Below are positions 25,818 to 35,823 of a stretch of DNA of 64,000 nt, one piece after another. Source of the DNA: an uncultured Dehalococcoidia bacterium (GTDB lineage: Bacteria > Chloroflexota > Dehalococcoidia > Dehalococcoidales > UBA1222); contig CAIMVG010000021.1 of the NCBI GenBank assembly GCA_903844845.1, positions 6,785-70,784 on the forward strand. The letters are read 5' to 3'. The notes beneath the pieces were generated by a model. It worked only from the letters and a program-made list of their open reading frames with translations. It ran no database searches and was not told where the DNA came from. A program made the translations under genes and the position numbers. Position 1 is the stretch's first letter. Every line of letters starts with the position of its first letter.

Positions 25818-26702
25818 TCAAGATTTATAGAAACGCGGAAGGAGCCCCGGTAATTTTCGAGCCTGTATCCTGTAACCCGGCCGCCTTTCGAAGTTGTGGC
25901 GGTCCATCATCGGGACACTGATGAAGATAAAAAGGGCGGTAACCGTCAACGGGCCGGCGACCATCCACCAGTGCCCTGTTCCTGAGACAGCTCCGAACAT
26001 GAATAGGCCCCACCAGAACATTATCTCACCGAGATAATTCGGGTGCCGGATGTAAGCCCACAGGCCGCCGGACATAACATCCCCGTCGGCGTGAGGTGTT
26101 TTGATAAACTTTCCGAGTTGCGCATCGGCCGCCGATTCTATGAAGACAGCGGCGGATGTGAACAGTACGGCCAGGATATCCGTCAATCCTAAATCCCGGC
26201 GGGAAGTCAGCCCGGGGTAAACCGAAAGTAGCCCCAGGAACACCACGAGAGTCGGCATCAGGTCAATCCCGGCAAGCTCCACGAGCCAGAACCACTTCTT
26301 CGATTTTTCCCTTAATTCCGTGTAGCGCCAGTCTTCATGGCCCAGCCCGCCCCAGTTCCTGGCCCAGTGCCATGTGAGGCGCAGTCCCCAGAATGCAATC
26401 ACAGCAAGCATGGCAAGTTGTCCAATCCCAGGTTTTTCCAGGCCGGTAGCAGCCCAGTATCCCGTTATGGCTATCGGGGCCAGGCTCCAGTATGGGTCAT
26501 AAAAGCTGGAATTGCGGAATATCCTGCCGAAAATATAGATAACCATTGTGGCGGCCAGGTCGGCTATCAACACGGTGAATATGCGGGACTTGCCCGGATA
26601 AAGACCGGCCGCAGCAACAGCCGCTCCTAGCGCTAGAGCATACGCAAGAATCACCCACATCCGGGCTGAAACGATCTTGCCTTGAGTTTTTCCCGTATCC
26701 AT
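25818..26702 (-). CDS. DUF1295 / steroid-5-alpha-reductase-like membrane protein
   Basis: Multi-TM protein with GLWAYIRHPNYLGEIMFWWG. Confidence 0.7.
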   Translation of the reverse strand: MDTGKTQGKIVSARMWVILAYALALGAAVAAAGLYPGKSRIFTVLIADLAATMVIYIFGRIFRNSSFYDPYWSLAPIAITGYWAATGLEKPGIGQLAMLAVIAFWGLRLTWHWARNWGGLGHEDWRYTELREKSKKWFWLVELAGIDLMPTLVVFLGLLSVYPGLTSRRDLGLTDILAVLFTSAAVFIESAADAQLGKFIKTPHADGDVMSGGLWAYIRHPNYLGEIMFWWGLFMFGAVSGTGHWWMVAGPLTVTALFIFISVPMMDRHNFERRPGYRIQARKLPGLLPRFYKS

Positions 26703-26746
26703 CCGGCTATCTTACCCTCGAAACAGAAACCAGTCAAACGCCGTGT

Positions 26747-26785
26747 AAAAAAATGGCCCCTTCCTCTTTCGAGCGAAGGGGCCAT
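26747..26785 (-). terminator. Rho-independent terminator after the synthase gene (hairpin ATGGCCCCTTC/GAAGGGGCCAT flanked by A/T runs; could act on both strands)
   Basis: Stem at 26753-26763 and 26775-26785. A7 precedes it and T5 follows on the plus strand. Confidence 0.75.
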
Positions 26786-26804
26786 TTTTAACTGTCTGAA
26801 TTGC

Positions 26805-28064
26805 CTATTCGAGGGGGGTCATGGTCAGTAATTGCCTCGAAATCTCCGGGAACCTGCAGATGAATTTCAGTTCGTCTTCCACCAGAGGTTTATGGGCCTC
26901 CACGTTCGCGTACCTGACGAGTTCGAGTATCTCATTAGCTTTCTCTTTGCTTTCGGGCAACGAAATGGTCTCAGGCGTATTTTTCGACATCTTGTCAACC
27001 ATATAGCGGAAACCCGAGATGCCGCTGTATTGGCCGGCACAAATTTCACGCCCTGTGTCGACGATCAGCGGTTCGCCGCGGCCAAGTTCTTCGAAACCGT
27101 AAAGTTCATAATTCTGCGGGTCCTTGAGCACACCGTCGGCATGGATGCCGGAGGCGTGGGCGAAGCAATTTTTGCCAACCCCGGGCTGGTTTAGCGGAAT
27201 GTCGACGCCAAAAGCGTAGGCCGCATATTGTGCCAGGCGCCATGCCTGGCTGAGCTTGATGTCACCTGCGAGTTGGTATTTTTCGTTGAAATCTTTGGAT
27301 TTGGTGACGGCCAGTATCACGGAAACGAGGTCGGCATTGCCCGCCCGTTCGCCGATCCCGTTCAGGGTCGTATTGATATACGCGTCTTGCCCGCCGTCGA
27401 TAGCGCCTTTCGCCCCTGCGATGGAGTTCCCCACGGCCATGCCCAGGTCTCCGTGGCAGTGAAGTTCGATCGGCAGTTCGACTTTTTGAGCCAGCGTTCT
27501 GGCTGTCTCGTAAATGGAGAAAGGGTTGTCATAACCAAGAGTGTCGCAATAACGCAGGCGTGCCGCACCGTGAGCTTTGGCTGCCCGACCATATTTGACA
27601 AGATAATCCAGGTCCGTTCGAGAGGCATCTTCGGCATTGATGCCCACGCTTTCGGCGCCGTGGGCCAGAGCCGCATCGAGTGCTTCGGTCATTTCGGAAA
27701 TGACGTCTTCTTTGGTCTTGCGGCCCTTAAACTTTCCGTCGATCATCTGGCTTGAAGTGGAAATCGAGAGGTTGAGGTGTTTGATGGCTGGCACCTGTTT
27801 AAACGCCAGTTCAACGTCTTCGACTATCGCGCGGATCCATCCGCCCAGAACGATGTGTTTCAGGATACCCAGACGCGCCAGTTCGAGGTTGGCTTGCAGA
27901 TAATACTGCTCGTGGCGGGTAGTGGGGAAACCGAATTCGCTTTGGAAGATGCCCATCTCGTCCAGGTAAAGGTTGATCATGGTTTTTTCGAGTTTTGACA
28001 GGCCCAGGCGGGCGGTCTGAACGCCGTCGCGGTTGGTTACATCGATCAGATAAATCTTAGGCAA
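26805..28064 (-). CDS. Homocitrate/isopropylmalate/citramalate synthase family enzyme (HMGL-like); possible Re-citrate synthase
   Basis: DVTNRDGVQT and ELHCHGDLGMAVGNSIAG. I prefer TTG at 28064, 7 nt after GAGAGGGGG. The track ATG at 28139 lies upstream of the predicted promoter. Confidence 0.8.
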   Translation of the reverse strand: MPKIYLIDVTNRDGVQTARLGLSKLEKTMINLYLDEMGIFQSEFGFPTTRHEQYYLQANLELARLGILKHIVLGGWIRAIVEDVELAFKQVPAIKHLNLSISTSSQMIDGKFKGRKTKEDVISEMTEALDAALAHGAESVGINAEDASRTDLDYLVKYGRAAKAHGAARLRYCDTLGYDNPFSIYETARTLAQKVELPIELHCHGDLGMAVGNSIAGAKGAIDGGQDAYINTTLNGIGERAGNADLVSVILAVTKSKDFNEKYQLAGDIKLSQAWRLAQYAAYAFGVDIPLNQPGVGKNCFAHASGIHADGVLKDPQNYELYGFEELGRGEPLIVDTGREICAGQYSGISGFRYMVDKMSKNTPETISLPESKEKANEILELVRYANVEAHKPLVEDELKFICRFPEISRQLLTMTPLE

Positions 28065-28104
28065 AATAGAAACCCCCTCTCGTACGCGCGGGGAATAATC
28101 ACAA

Positions 28105-28133
28105 ATATTAACATAAAAACGGGTTTGTGGCAA
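28105..28133 (-). promoter_or_regulatory. Promoter of the synthase gene (TTGCCA-N17-TAATAT)
   Basis: -35 is the reverse complement of 28128-28133 and -10 is the reverse complement of 28105-28110. Confidence 0.5.
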
Positions 28134-28302
28134 TGGCATTCCGTTAGATTAAACGAATTGATAGCTGAAACCCATGGGAAAGAGTTACCTGGTTTGCCGT
28201 ATATTCAAATTTAGATACTCCGTTATACTTGAATCCAAACGCGCGAACCCCCCGGCATGCCCTGTAAATTGAGCCAGCAAAAATTTAATACGCCGTGCAT
28301 GG

Positions 28303-28331
28303 TTGACCATGCCCAATATTGTTGTTAAACT
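28303..28331 (+). promoter_or_regulatory. Promoter of nnr (TTGACC-N17-TAAACT), 8 nt upstream of the ATG at 28340; (near-)leaderless
   Basis: Hexamers read directly, with no SD between the -10 and the ATG. Confidence 0.5.
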
Positions 28332-28339
28332 CGATTGCA

Positions 28340-29896
28340 ATGAAAATCGTCACGGCAGCCGAAATGAAGGAAGTCGAGTCCGAAGCCGAAAAGAACGGAA
28401 TTCCTATTTCTCAACTGATGGAATACGCGGGCCGGTCTGTGGCTGAAACTGTCAGGCGTATCAATGGGATTCCAGATAAACAAGTACTGGTCCTGGTCGG
28501 CCCGGGCAACAACGGCGGAGACGGCCTGGCGGCGGTACGGTACCTCTCCGTGTGGGGTGCCGACGTCACAGCCTATCTCTGTTCTCCGAGGGATGAAGCC
28601 GAAATTTCCGGGATAAAATCGGTCGATGGAATATCGGACAGCAACCAGGAGCAGCTGGTTTCCCTGTTGGCCGATGCTGATATGGTTGTGGACGCCATTT
28701 TCGGAACCGGAAAGAACCGTTCCATAGAAGGCATTTTTCAAAAAGTGCTGTCGCGCCTGGGCGAGGCAAAAAATACCGGGCGCCGGCTTAAAATATTAGC
28801 CGTGGATCTTCCGTCAGGCATGGACGCCGATACCGGAACGACCGACCCCGTCACCCCATTTGCCGATGTCACCGTTTCCCTCGGAATCGCTAAACGCGGG
28901 TTGTATTCTCCAGCCGGGGCTGAAAGAGCGGGAGAGATTATCGTGGCAGACATCGGGATCCCCTCCGACCTGACGAGAGGGCTGCGTTCAGGATCACTTG
29001 ACCAGGAATGGGCCAGGTCCGTTCTCCCCGAACGCTCTCCTTACAGCCATAAAGGCAGTTTCGGTAAAGTGCTCGTATTAGCCGGATCGGCCAATTACAT
29101 CGGGGCGGCCTACCTCGCCTGCGCCTCCGCCATGCGGGTCGGGGCCGGGTTAACGAGCCTGGCTATCCCGCGAAGCCTTCAGATCGCGGTGGCTTCACGA
29201 CTTCCCGAAATTACCTTTTTCCCTCTCGCGGAATCTTCCCCCGGCATGGTGCATCCCGACGCTTTCAAAATCGTCCTGGCTGCGTCGAGAGATTACGATG
29301 CCGTCCTGTCCGGGTGCGGGTTGGGAAATAAGCCGCAAACGAGAGAATTTTCACTAAAAATAGCTTTCCAGCTGAGACCTGAGAAAAAAATCGTAATCGA
29401 CGCAGATTCCCTGAATCACCTTTCAAGTTACAGGGAATGGTGGAAACGCATCCCCTTCGACGCTGTGATCACTCCCCATCCAGGCGAGATGGCCCGTCTT
29501 TGCGGGATAGAAGCCGGAGAAGTACAGGCCAACCGCTTTGAAATCGCTTTAAAAAAGGCCGCCGAATGGAACAAGACCGTCGTTCTCAAAGGGGCTAACA
29601 CTGTCATCGCGGCACCCGACGGAAGGCTCAGGATCAATGCTTTTGCGAATGCAGGGATGTCCACCGCCGGCACCGGGGATGTCCTGGCAGGCGCGATCAG
29701 CGGGCTGCTCGCTCAGGGGATGAACCTCTTCGACGCCGCTTGCCTCGGAACCTACCTGCATTCAAAAGCCGGCGAGATGACAACCCTGAGACTGGGGGAC
29801 GCAGGGATGATGGCGTCCGATCTGCTGGGAGAGCTGCCATTAGCCATCAGGAGCCTGAAAGAAACTTGGAACGGTACAGGGATAAAGAAATGTTGA
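28340..29896 (+). CDS. nnr: Bifunctional NAD(P)H-hydrate repair enzyme Nnr (epimerase + ADP-dependent dehydratase)
   Basis: YjeF-N is indicated by LVGPGNNGGDG. The C-terminal carbohydrate-kinase domain is indicated by HKGSFGKVLVLAGS and GTGDVLAG. Confidence 0.88.
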   Translation: MKIVTAAEMKEVESEAEKNGIPISQLMEYAGRSVAETVRRINGIPDKQVLVLVGPGNNGGDGLAAVRYLSVWGADVTAYLCSPRDEAEISGIKSVDGISDSNQEQLVSLLADADMVVDAIFGTGKNRSIEGIFQKVLSRLGEAKNTGRRLKILAVDLPSGMDADTGTTDPVTPFADVTVSLGIAKRGLYSPAGAERAGEIIVADIGIPSDLTRGLRSGSLDQEWARSVLPERSPYSHKGSFGKVLVLAGSANYIGAAYLACASAMRVGAGLTSLAIPRSLQIAVASRLPEITFFPLAESSPGMVHPDAFKIVLAASRDYDAVLSGCGLGNKPQTREFSLKIAFQLRPEKKIVIDADSLNHLSSYREWWKRIPFDAVITPHPGEMARLCGIEAGEVQANRFEIALKKAAEWNKTVVLKGANTVIAAPDGRLRINAFANAGMSTAGTGDVLAGAISGLLAQGMNLFDAACLGTYLHSKAGEMTTLRLGDAGMMASDLLGELPLAIRSLKETWNGTGIKKC

Positions 29897-30657
29897 TAGC
29901 GATCGGTATAGGCAACACCTCTATCAAGATAGGAATTTATGGCGGTGAAAAACTGGAGGCATCCTGGCACATCGCGACAGACCTGCGGCGGATGCCGGAC
30001 GAATACTCAATCACGCTTCTCAGCCTTATACAGGCGGCAGGGATCGCCAAATCGGACATAAAAGAAGCGGCCATGTGGTGCACGGTCCCGCCCTTGATAT
30101 CGACGTTCGAAGAGGTGCTCAAAAAGAATTTCGGGATTTCCCCGCTGGTTGTCGGCGCGGGTATCAAGACAGGAATACGCATCAGGATGGATAGCCCGAA
30201 AGAGGTTGGAGCCGACCGTATCGTCAATGCCACTGCTGCCCATTCGCTGTGGAACGGGCCGTGCATCATCCTTGACATGGGTACAGCCACCACCTTCGAT
30301 ATCGTTTCCGGAGAGGGCGACTACCTCGGCGGGGCCATTGCGCCGGGCATTATGATGGCTGCAGAGGCTCTTTTCACGCGCCCCGCTCAGTTGTACCGGG
30401 TCCAGCTTGCGGCGCCTAAAAAAGCCATCGGCACAAACACCGTCAGTGCCATGCAGTCCGGCATCATATTCGGCTACACTTCCCTCGTGGAAGGTATGGT
30501 GAGGCGTTTGCAGTCAGAAATACCGGAGAAGGCCACAGTTGTGGCAACCGGAGGTTATGCCTCCCTGATATTAAAAGAGACCAATGTCATAGATGCGTTC
30601 AACCCGGACTTATCGCTGACCGGGCTACGGATCCTTAACGAATTAAACAGGAAATAA
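29890..30657 (+). CDS. coaX: Type III pantothenate kinase CoaX
   Basis: MLIAIGIGNTSIKIG, GADRIVNA, LDMGTATTFD and ATGGYA. The ATG at 29890 overlaps the nnr end by 7 nt. Confidence 0.88.
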   Translation: MLIAIGIGNTSIKIGIYGGEKLEASWHIATDLRRMPDEYSITLLSLIQAAGIAKSDIKEAAMWCTVPPLISTFEEVLKKNFGISPLVVGAGIKTGIRIRMDSPKEVGADRIVNATAAHSLWNGPCIILDMGTATTFDIVSGEGDYLGGAIAPGIMMAAEALFTRPAQLYRVQLAAPKKAIGTNTVSAMQSGIIFGYTSLVEGMVRRLQSEIPEKATVVATGGYASLILKETNVIDAFNPDLSLTGLRILNELNRK

Positions 30658-30669
30658 CGGAGGCGCGCC

Positions 30670-31848
30670 ATGTTGACAGACAAGATCGTCGTTCTCGGAA
30701 TCACCGGAAGCATCGCGGCCTATAAGGCAGCTGAGTTAGCCAGCCGTCTGACACAGGCGGGCGTGAGAGTGGACGTTGTCATGACGGAAGCTGCCCAGAA
30801 ATTCATATCCCCCCTTACTCTGCGGTCCCTCACTCACCGTCTGGTGGCTTCAGATATGTGGGAGCCTCTCGAGGAACACCGCATCAGTCATGTTTCGATG
30901 GCACAGGCGGCAGACGTGGTAGTGATTGCCCCCGCAACCGCCAATATCATCGCCAAAATCGCCTGCGGGATGGCAGACGACCTGCTCTCCTCTATGGTGC
31001 TTGCTACTAAAGCTCCTGTGATCATAGCTCCCGCGATGAATGTAAATATGTATGAAAATCCCGTGACCCATGCGAATATTGAGAAGTTGCGCGAGCGCGG
31101 TTTCTACATCGTCGAACCATGCACAGGCCGCCTTGCGTGCGATACGGTTGGCAGAGGACGCCTCGCCGAAACAGCGCAGATAATGGGCGCCATCAAAATA
31201 GTGCTTGGCAAAAACGGGGATATGGCAGGGAAAAAAGTGGTAGTAACCGCCGGCGGCACCAGGGAACCTATAGACCCGGTCAGATTTATCGGCAACCGTT
31301 CCTCGGGCAAAATGGGTTATGCGCTGGCTGAATCCGCACGGGACCGCGGGGCTCGCGTAACCCTGGTCACCGCCGCAGGTTTGCCTGAACCCACAGGGAT
31401 AGAAACGCTTGCGGTAGAAAGTGCTGCCGAGATGCTTGCAGCGGTACAAAAAGCCGTTAAGGGCGCAGATGCACTGGTGATGGCTGCTGCTGTCGCGGAT
31501 TTCCGTCCAAAAGTGATGGCCAAGTCCAAGATAAAGAAGGCGACATTGTCACTCAACATGGAGCTTGAACGCACCCCTGACATACTTGCGGATGCGGAAG
31601 GCAATTTTATCCGGGTAGGTTTTGCCGCCGAAAGCGAAAACCTCCTGGCGAACGCCAAGAAAAAGCTCGCTGACAAGGTACTTGACCTTATAGTAGCTAA
31701 CGATGTGACCGCCGCCGGCAGCGGGTTCGGAACAGACACCAATAAAGTCACACTCATAAGCCGCGACGGAAGCGAAACTGACCTCCCCCTCATGACCAAA
31801 CGCGAGGTTGCGGACAAAGTTTGGGACTGGGTCGTTACGAACGAATAG
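30670..31848 (+). CDS. coaBC: Bifunctional phosphopantothenoylcysteine decarboxylase / synthetase CoaBC
   Basis: GITGSIAAYKA, APAMNVNMY, TAGGTREPIDPVRFIGNRSSGKMG and AAAVADFRP. Confidence 0.92.
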   Translation: MLTDKIVVLGITGSIAAYKAAELASRLTQAGVRVDVVMTEAAQKFISPLTLRSLTHRLVASDMWEPLEEHRISHVSMAQAADVVVIAPATANIIAKIACGMADDLLSSMVLATKAPVIIAPAMNVNMYENPVTHANIEKLRERGFYIVEPCTGRLACDTVGRGRLAETAQIMGAIKIVLGKNGDMAGKKVVVTAGGTREPIDPVRFIGNRSSGKMGYALAESARDRGARVTLVTAAGLPEPTGIETLAVESAAEMLAAVQKAVKGADALVMAAAVADFRPKVMAKSKIKKATLSLNMELERTPDILADAEGNFIRVGFAAESENLLANAKKKLADKVLDLIVANDVTAAGSGFGTDTNKVTLISRDGSETDLPLMTKREVADKVWDWVVTNE

Positions 31849-31967
31849 CCGCAGGCCAGCCTTCTCTCGCCAGGCCACACATCAGATACTCATGATGTTT
31901 CAGGCAGACGGGTCACGGCCATAAATGCTAAAATAGGCCACTATTTTTGTAAAAAAGGACACGTGCT

Positions 31968-34616
31968 ATGACCGACCAACCCATCTCCGAGCTTCCCAAA
32001 GCCTATGAACCTGCACAGGTTGAAAAGAAATGGTACACGTACTGGATGGATAAAGGATATTTCACTCCAGAAATCGATCCGTCAAAGAAACCGTTTGTTA
32101 TCATCCAGCCGCCTCCCAATATTACAGGTGATCTCCATTTGGGGCACGCGCTTACGGCCACACTTGAAGATATTATGGCCCGATGGCACAGGATGATGGG
32201 GGAACCTACCCTCTGGCTTCCGGGCGAAGACCATGCAGGGATCGCAGCCCAGGTAGTAGTGGAGCGTGCGCTGGCGAAAGAAGGGCTGACCAGGCAACAG
32301 ATCGGCCGCGAGAAATTCAACGAACGCATGTGGGAATGGGTAAACGGTTGCCGGGCCAACATCTCTAACCAGCACAAGAGGCTGGGAGTTTCGTGCGACT
32401 GGTCCCGCGAGTGTTTCACTCTCGATCCCGGTCCCAGCCTCGCAGTGCGTACCTTCTTCGTCAATCTATATGCTAAAGGGCTTATATACCGAGGCGAGCG
32501 CATAATCAACTGGTGTTCACGGTGTGCAACTGCCCTGTCGGACCTCGAAGTGGAACACGAAGATATCCCCTCAAACCTGTGGTATATCAAATACCCGCTT
32601 GAAGACGGGAACAGATTCATAACAGTTGCGACTACTCGTCCCGAGACTCTTCTGGGAGATACAGCGGTAGCGGTCAACCCCTCAGATGAACGCTACGCCA
32701 CGCTCGTCGGTAAGCAGGTCCGGCTTCCACTCACCGGGAGGATCATCCCCGTTATTTCCGATGAATCGATCTCGATGGAGTTCGGCACAGGTGCCGTGAA
32801 AGTGACTCCAGCCCATGACCCCAACGACTTCGAACTCGGTTTGCGCCACAAGCTGCCTGTCATAAACATACTTGCGGCAGATATGACTATCAACGAGCAC
32901 GGCGGAAAATTTGCCGGTATGGACCGTTTCGCAGCCCGTAAAGCCGTGGTCTCGGAACTCGAGGCGGAGGGCTTGCTCGTTAAAATCGAGCCGCACTCTC
33001 ATGCCGTGGGGCATTGCCAGCGATGCCGGACCATCATCGAACCAATCGCCAGCCGCCAGTGGTTCGTCAAGATCGCCCCGCTGGCTGCGCCCGCTATCGA
33101 GGCTGTCAAGGACGGCAGCATCAACATCGTGCCAGAACGTTTCACCAAGGTTTATCTTAATTGGATGGAGAACATCCGAGACTGGTGTATTTCCCGCCAG
33201 TTGTGGTGGGGGCACCGCATACCGGTCTGGTATTGCTCTTGCGGCGAAACGATAGTGGCTGTCGAAGAACCTAAGAAATGCTTGAAATGCGGTTCCGAAG
33301 CCCTCAAGCAGGACCCTGACGTGCTGGACACATGGTTCTCTTCCGGCCTGTGGACCCATTCGACGCTTGGTTGGCCCGAAAAAACCCCCGACCTGGAATA
33401 TTTTTACCCGACCACCGTCATGGAAACCGCGTATGACATCCTTTTCTTCTGGGTCGCCCGCATGATCATGATGGGTATCGAGAACACCGGAAAACCTCCG
33501 TTCCAACATGTTTACCTGCACGGGCTTATTCGCGATGAAAAAGGCGAAAAGATGAGCAAGACCAAAGGGAATGTGATTGACCCGCTCGAAGTGATGGATA
33601 AATACGGCACCGATGCCTTGCGTTTTGCCGTAATCACTGGAACGACCCCCGGCAATGACAGTAAACTCTCCCCCACTAAATTGGAAGCAGGCCGGAATTT
33701 CGCCAACAAACTTTGGAACGCCTCACGTTTCGTGCTGCGGTATGCCGGAGACGCCAGGGACGTGACCATCAATGCCTCGACACTTACGCTGGAAGACCGC
33801 TGGATAATATCCCGGCTTAACAGCACCGTCGGCGAAGCTTCCGAACTCATGGAAGAGTTTGAATTCGGCGAGGCATTACGCAAGATACACGATTTTCTGT
33901 GGGGCGAGTATTGCGATTGGTACATCGAACTGGCAAAGGCGAGGCTTGGCAGCGCAACATCATCTCCTTTGCCCGTGCTGGTGCATGTTCTGGAAGTATC
34001 TCTGCGTATGCTGCATCCCTACATGCCGTTTGTGACCGAGGAACTCTGGCAGAACCTGAATGTTGCTTTTAACCTCGACTGCGGAGAATCCATAATGATT
34101 TCAGCATACCCTGAAGCCGTCGAAACCGGAGCCGACGCAGGGGCCGAGATGGTGATAGATTCTCTCATTGAAATAGTTCGAACTATTCGAAACACGCGGG
34201 CCGAATTCCAGGTGGAGCCCAACCGGCTCGTCGAGGCCGGTATTTATGCCGGTGAACTGGCTGCCCTGCTCAAACCGTACAAAGGGGCCATAGAAACCCT
34301 TTCCAAGGCGGCCGTTACTATAGAATCAGAACGACAGGGAGAAGTGCCCCCCAAGGCGCTGGCGCTGGTGCTGGAGTTCTCTGAAGTGATTATCCCGATG
34401 GCCAGCATGTTCGACCTCCGGACCGAGATGGAACGCGTCAGCAACGAGGCGATGGAAGCCGTCCTCGAAATAGGGCGACTTGAGGCCCTCTTGGGAGACA
34501 AAGCCTTCTGCGATAAGGCCCCGGCGGCCGTTGTTCAAAAGCAGCAGGAGAAACTATCCGTCGCCCGTGAAAAACTGGTGAGGCTCAAAGAGCATAAGGG
34601 GCGCCTTGAAGGATAG
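31968..34616 (+). CDS. valS: Valine--tRNA ligase
   Basis: PPNITGDLHLGHAL, KMSKTKGN and a C-terminal coiled coil. Confidence 0.97.
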   Translation: MTDQPISELPKAYEPAQVEKKWYTYWMDKGYFTPEIDPSKKPFVIIQPPPNITGDLHLGHALTATLEDIMARWHRMMGEPTLWLPGEDHAGIAAQVVVERALAKEGLTRQQIGREKFNERMWEWVNGCRANISNQHKRLGVSCDWSRECFTLDPGPSLAVRTFFVNLYAKGLIYRGERIINWCSRCATALSDLEVEHEDIPSNLWYIKYPLEDGNRFITVATTRPETLLGDTAVAVNPSDERYATLVGKQVRLPLTGRIIPVISDESISMEFGTGAVKVTPAHDPNDFELGLRHKLPVINILAADMTINEHGGKFAGMDRFAARKAVVSELEAEGLLVKIEPHSHAVGHCQRCRTIIEPIASRQWFVKIAPLAAPAIEAVKDGSINIVPERFTKVYLNWMENIRDWCISRQLWWGHRIPVWYCSCGETIVAVEEPKKCLKCGSEALKQDPDVLDTWFSSGLWTHSTLGWPEKTPDLEYFYPTTVMETAYDILFFWVARMIMMGIENTGKPPFQHVYLHGLIRDEKGEKMSKTKGNVIDPLEVMDKYGTDALRFAVITGTTPGNDSKLSPTKLEAGRNFANKLWNASRFVLRYAGDARDVTINASTLTLEDRWIISRLNSTVGEASELMEEFEFGEALRKIHDFLWGEYCDWYIELAKARLGSATSSPLPVLVHVLEVSLRMLHPYMPFVTEELWQNLNVAFNLDCGESIMISAYPEAVETGADAGAEMVIDSLIEIVRTIRNTRAEFQVEPNRLVEAGIYAGELAALLKPYKGAIETLSKAAVTIESERQGEVPPKALALVLEFSEVIIPMASMFDLRTEMERVSNEAMEAVLEIGRLEALLGDKAFCDKAPAAVVQKQQEKLSVAREKLVRLKEHKGRLEG

Positions 34617-34639
34617 TTATTCGGTCCACTAATGCCAAC

Positions 34640-34666
34640 AAAGCCCGTTCAAAACGAACGGGCTTT
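34640..34666. terminator. Bidirectional terminator hairpin between valS and the convergent membrane-protein gene
   Basis: AAAGCCCGTTC-aaaac-GAACGGGCTTT, an 11-bp perfect stem flanked by A/T. Confidence 0.8.
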
Positions 34667-34692
34667 GTATTATGCTGTTAAACGCGTGATTT

Positions 34693-35109
34693 CTACCTGT
34701 AACTCTCGCGTCTCCATGGCCATGGGAAAAAGATGAGGAAAGCCAAAAGAAAGATCGCCGTTATCACAAAGTTTGACCAGATCGAGCCGAAGGTGACATA
34801 ACCTTTTACAATAGAGTATATCTCTCCTGCCAAAGTCAAGGCACTCCATAAAATGGCGAACCGCACCACGTTCACATTTTTCTTGGGGTTTACACTCCCC
34901 ACGATGAATACAAAACCACCGGCAATCAAGGCAGCGCCCATCAAGGAGAAAATGTAAGAAACAAAGTTGGTGGCATCGAGTCCGGCCATGGAATCAAAAA
35001 TGTTGAATCCGAGCAATTTGGCGACCCCGGCTGGGTCCAGCCACATAACTATACCCTCGGCCATCAATATGGCCGCGTAGAGAATCATCGAAATCCTAAG
35101 GTTCCACAT
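34693..35109 (-). CDS. 4-TM membrane protein, unknown function
   Basis: 138-aa hydrophobic ORF with no family recognised. Confidence 0.5.
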   Translation of the reverse strand: MWNLRISMILYAAILMAEGIVMWLDPAGVAKLLGFNIFDSMAGLDATNFVSYIFSLMGAALIAGGFVFIVGSVNPKKNVNVVRFAILWSALTLAGEIYSIVKGYVTFGSIWSNFVITAIFLLAFLIFFPWPWRRESYR

Positions 35110-35138
35110 TAAATCTCTCCTCGTACCTGGCCAGATGT

Positions 35139-35816
35139 TTAGCGAACCGAATTACGCCGCATCCAGTCGAGTGCTTTTTTGGTATCCGATGCGATCCGAG
35201 CTTTGTCGCAATGTTTTAACCTGTACTTGAAGCGCCAGTAGCTGAATTCTTTCATCTGCTCCAGTGAAACGGCACCGCCGGAAGGGTATCCTGATTCCTT
35301 ACGGAATTGACGCAAAAGGACCCGTTGGGTGGAATCGTAGACCCTGCGGTAAGTTTCATCTACAATTTGTGTTTCAGTGTGGACATGCAGTCCCTGTTCT
35401 TCTTTGCGGACTTCATCCTCTACAGCCTGGAGGAGGGCTTCTTCGGCGGTTATTCCGTAAAAAAAATTCAGGTATTGAGCAAACCGCACATCCCCCATCG
35501 CCATCCGTGTTTCTTCCTGGGTAAGGCTAACCGGAGTCTTGTTGCGGAACAAAAAATCAACCAGTTCGACTTCGGGAATCAGCCCGCCAACAGCCTTCGC
35601 CAGCCGTTCGGCAATCTGGAGGACGTCCAGCGCTTCCCCTGATAAGAGGTACCGGTATTTCTGGTCGCCTACCGTCTCTTCGCTGACGGGCCAATCCTTA
35701 ACGGCTCCAAGAAGCGCCACGTACCAGTTTTTACCCAAGGTTATATCGGAATGGAAACGTTTGACCGCCTCATCTACAGCAAGAACCGGCCTCGAATTCT
35801 GCTCTCTCTGGGACAT
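35139..35816 (-). CDS. Hypothetical protein downstream of secA
   Basis: The ATG at 35816 (MSQREQ...) lies 7 nt after the secA stop. The track start at 35879 would overlap secA. No family recognised. Confidence 0.55.
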   Translation of the reverse strand: MSQREQNSRPVLAVDEAVKRFHSDITLGKNWYVALLGAVKDWPVSEETVGDQKYRYLLSGEALDVLQIAERLAKAVGGLIPEVELVDFLFRNKTPVSLTQEETRMAMGDVRFAQYLNFFYGITAEEALLQAVEDEVRKEEQGLHVHTETQIVDETYRRVYDSTQRVLLRQFRKESGYPSGGAVSLEQMKEFSYWRFKYRLKHCDKARIASDTKKALDWMRRNSVR

Positions 35817-35823
35817 CGTTAAC

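Noticed and set aside
28065-28139. Track ATG at 28139 as the start of the HCS/IPMS-family synthase.
   Set aside because: This ATG and the first 25 codons overlap a TTGCCA-N17-TAATAT promoter and the SD GAGAGGGGG. TTG at 28064 fits the conserved N-terminus (PKIYLIDVTNRDG) better.
28211-28236. Possible third copy of the hisA/leuC upstream element in front of the HCS-family synthase.
   Set aside because: Only about 10 of 19 core positions match, and it lies about 127 nt from the predicted TSS. This is not distinguishable from chance.
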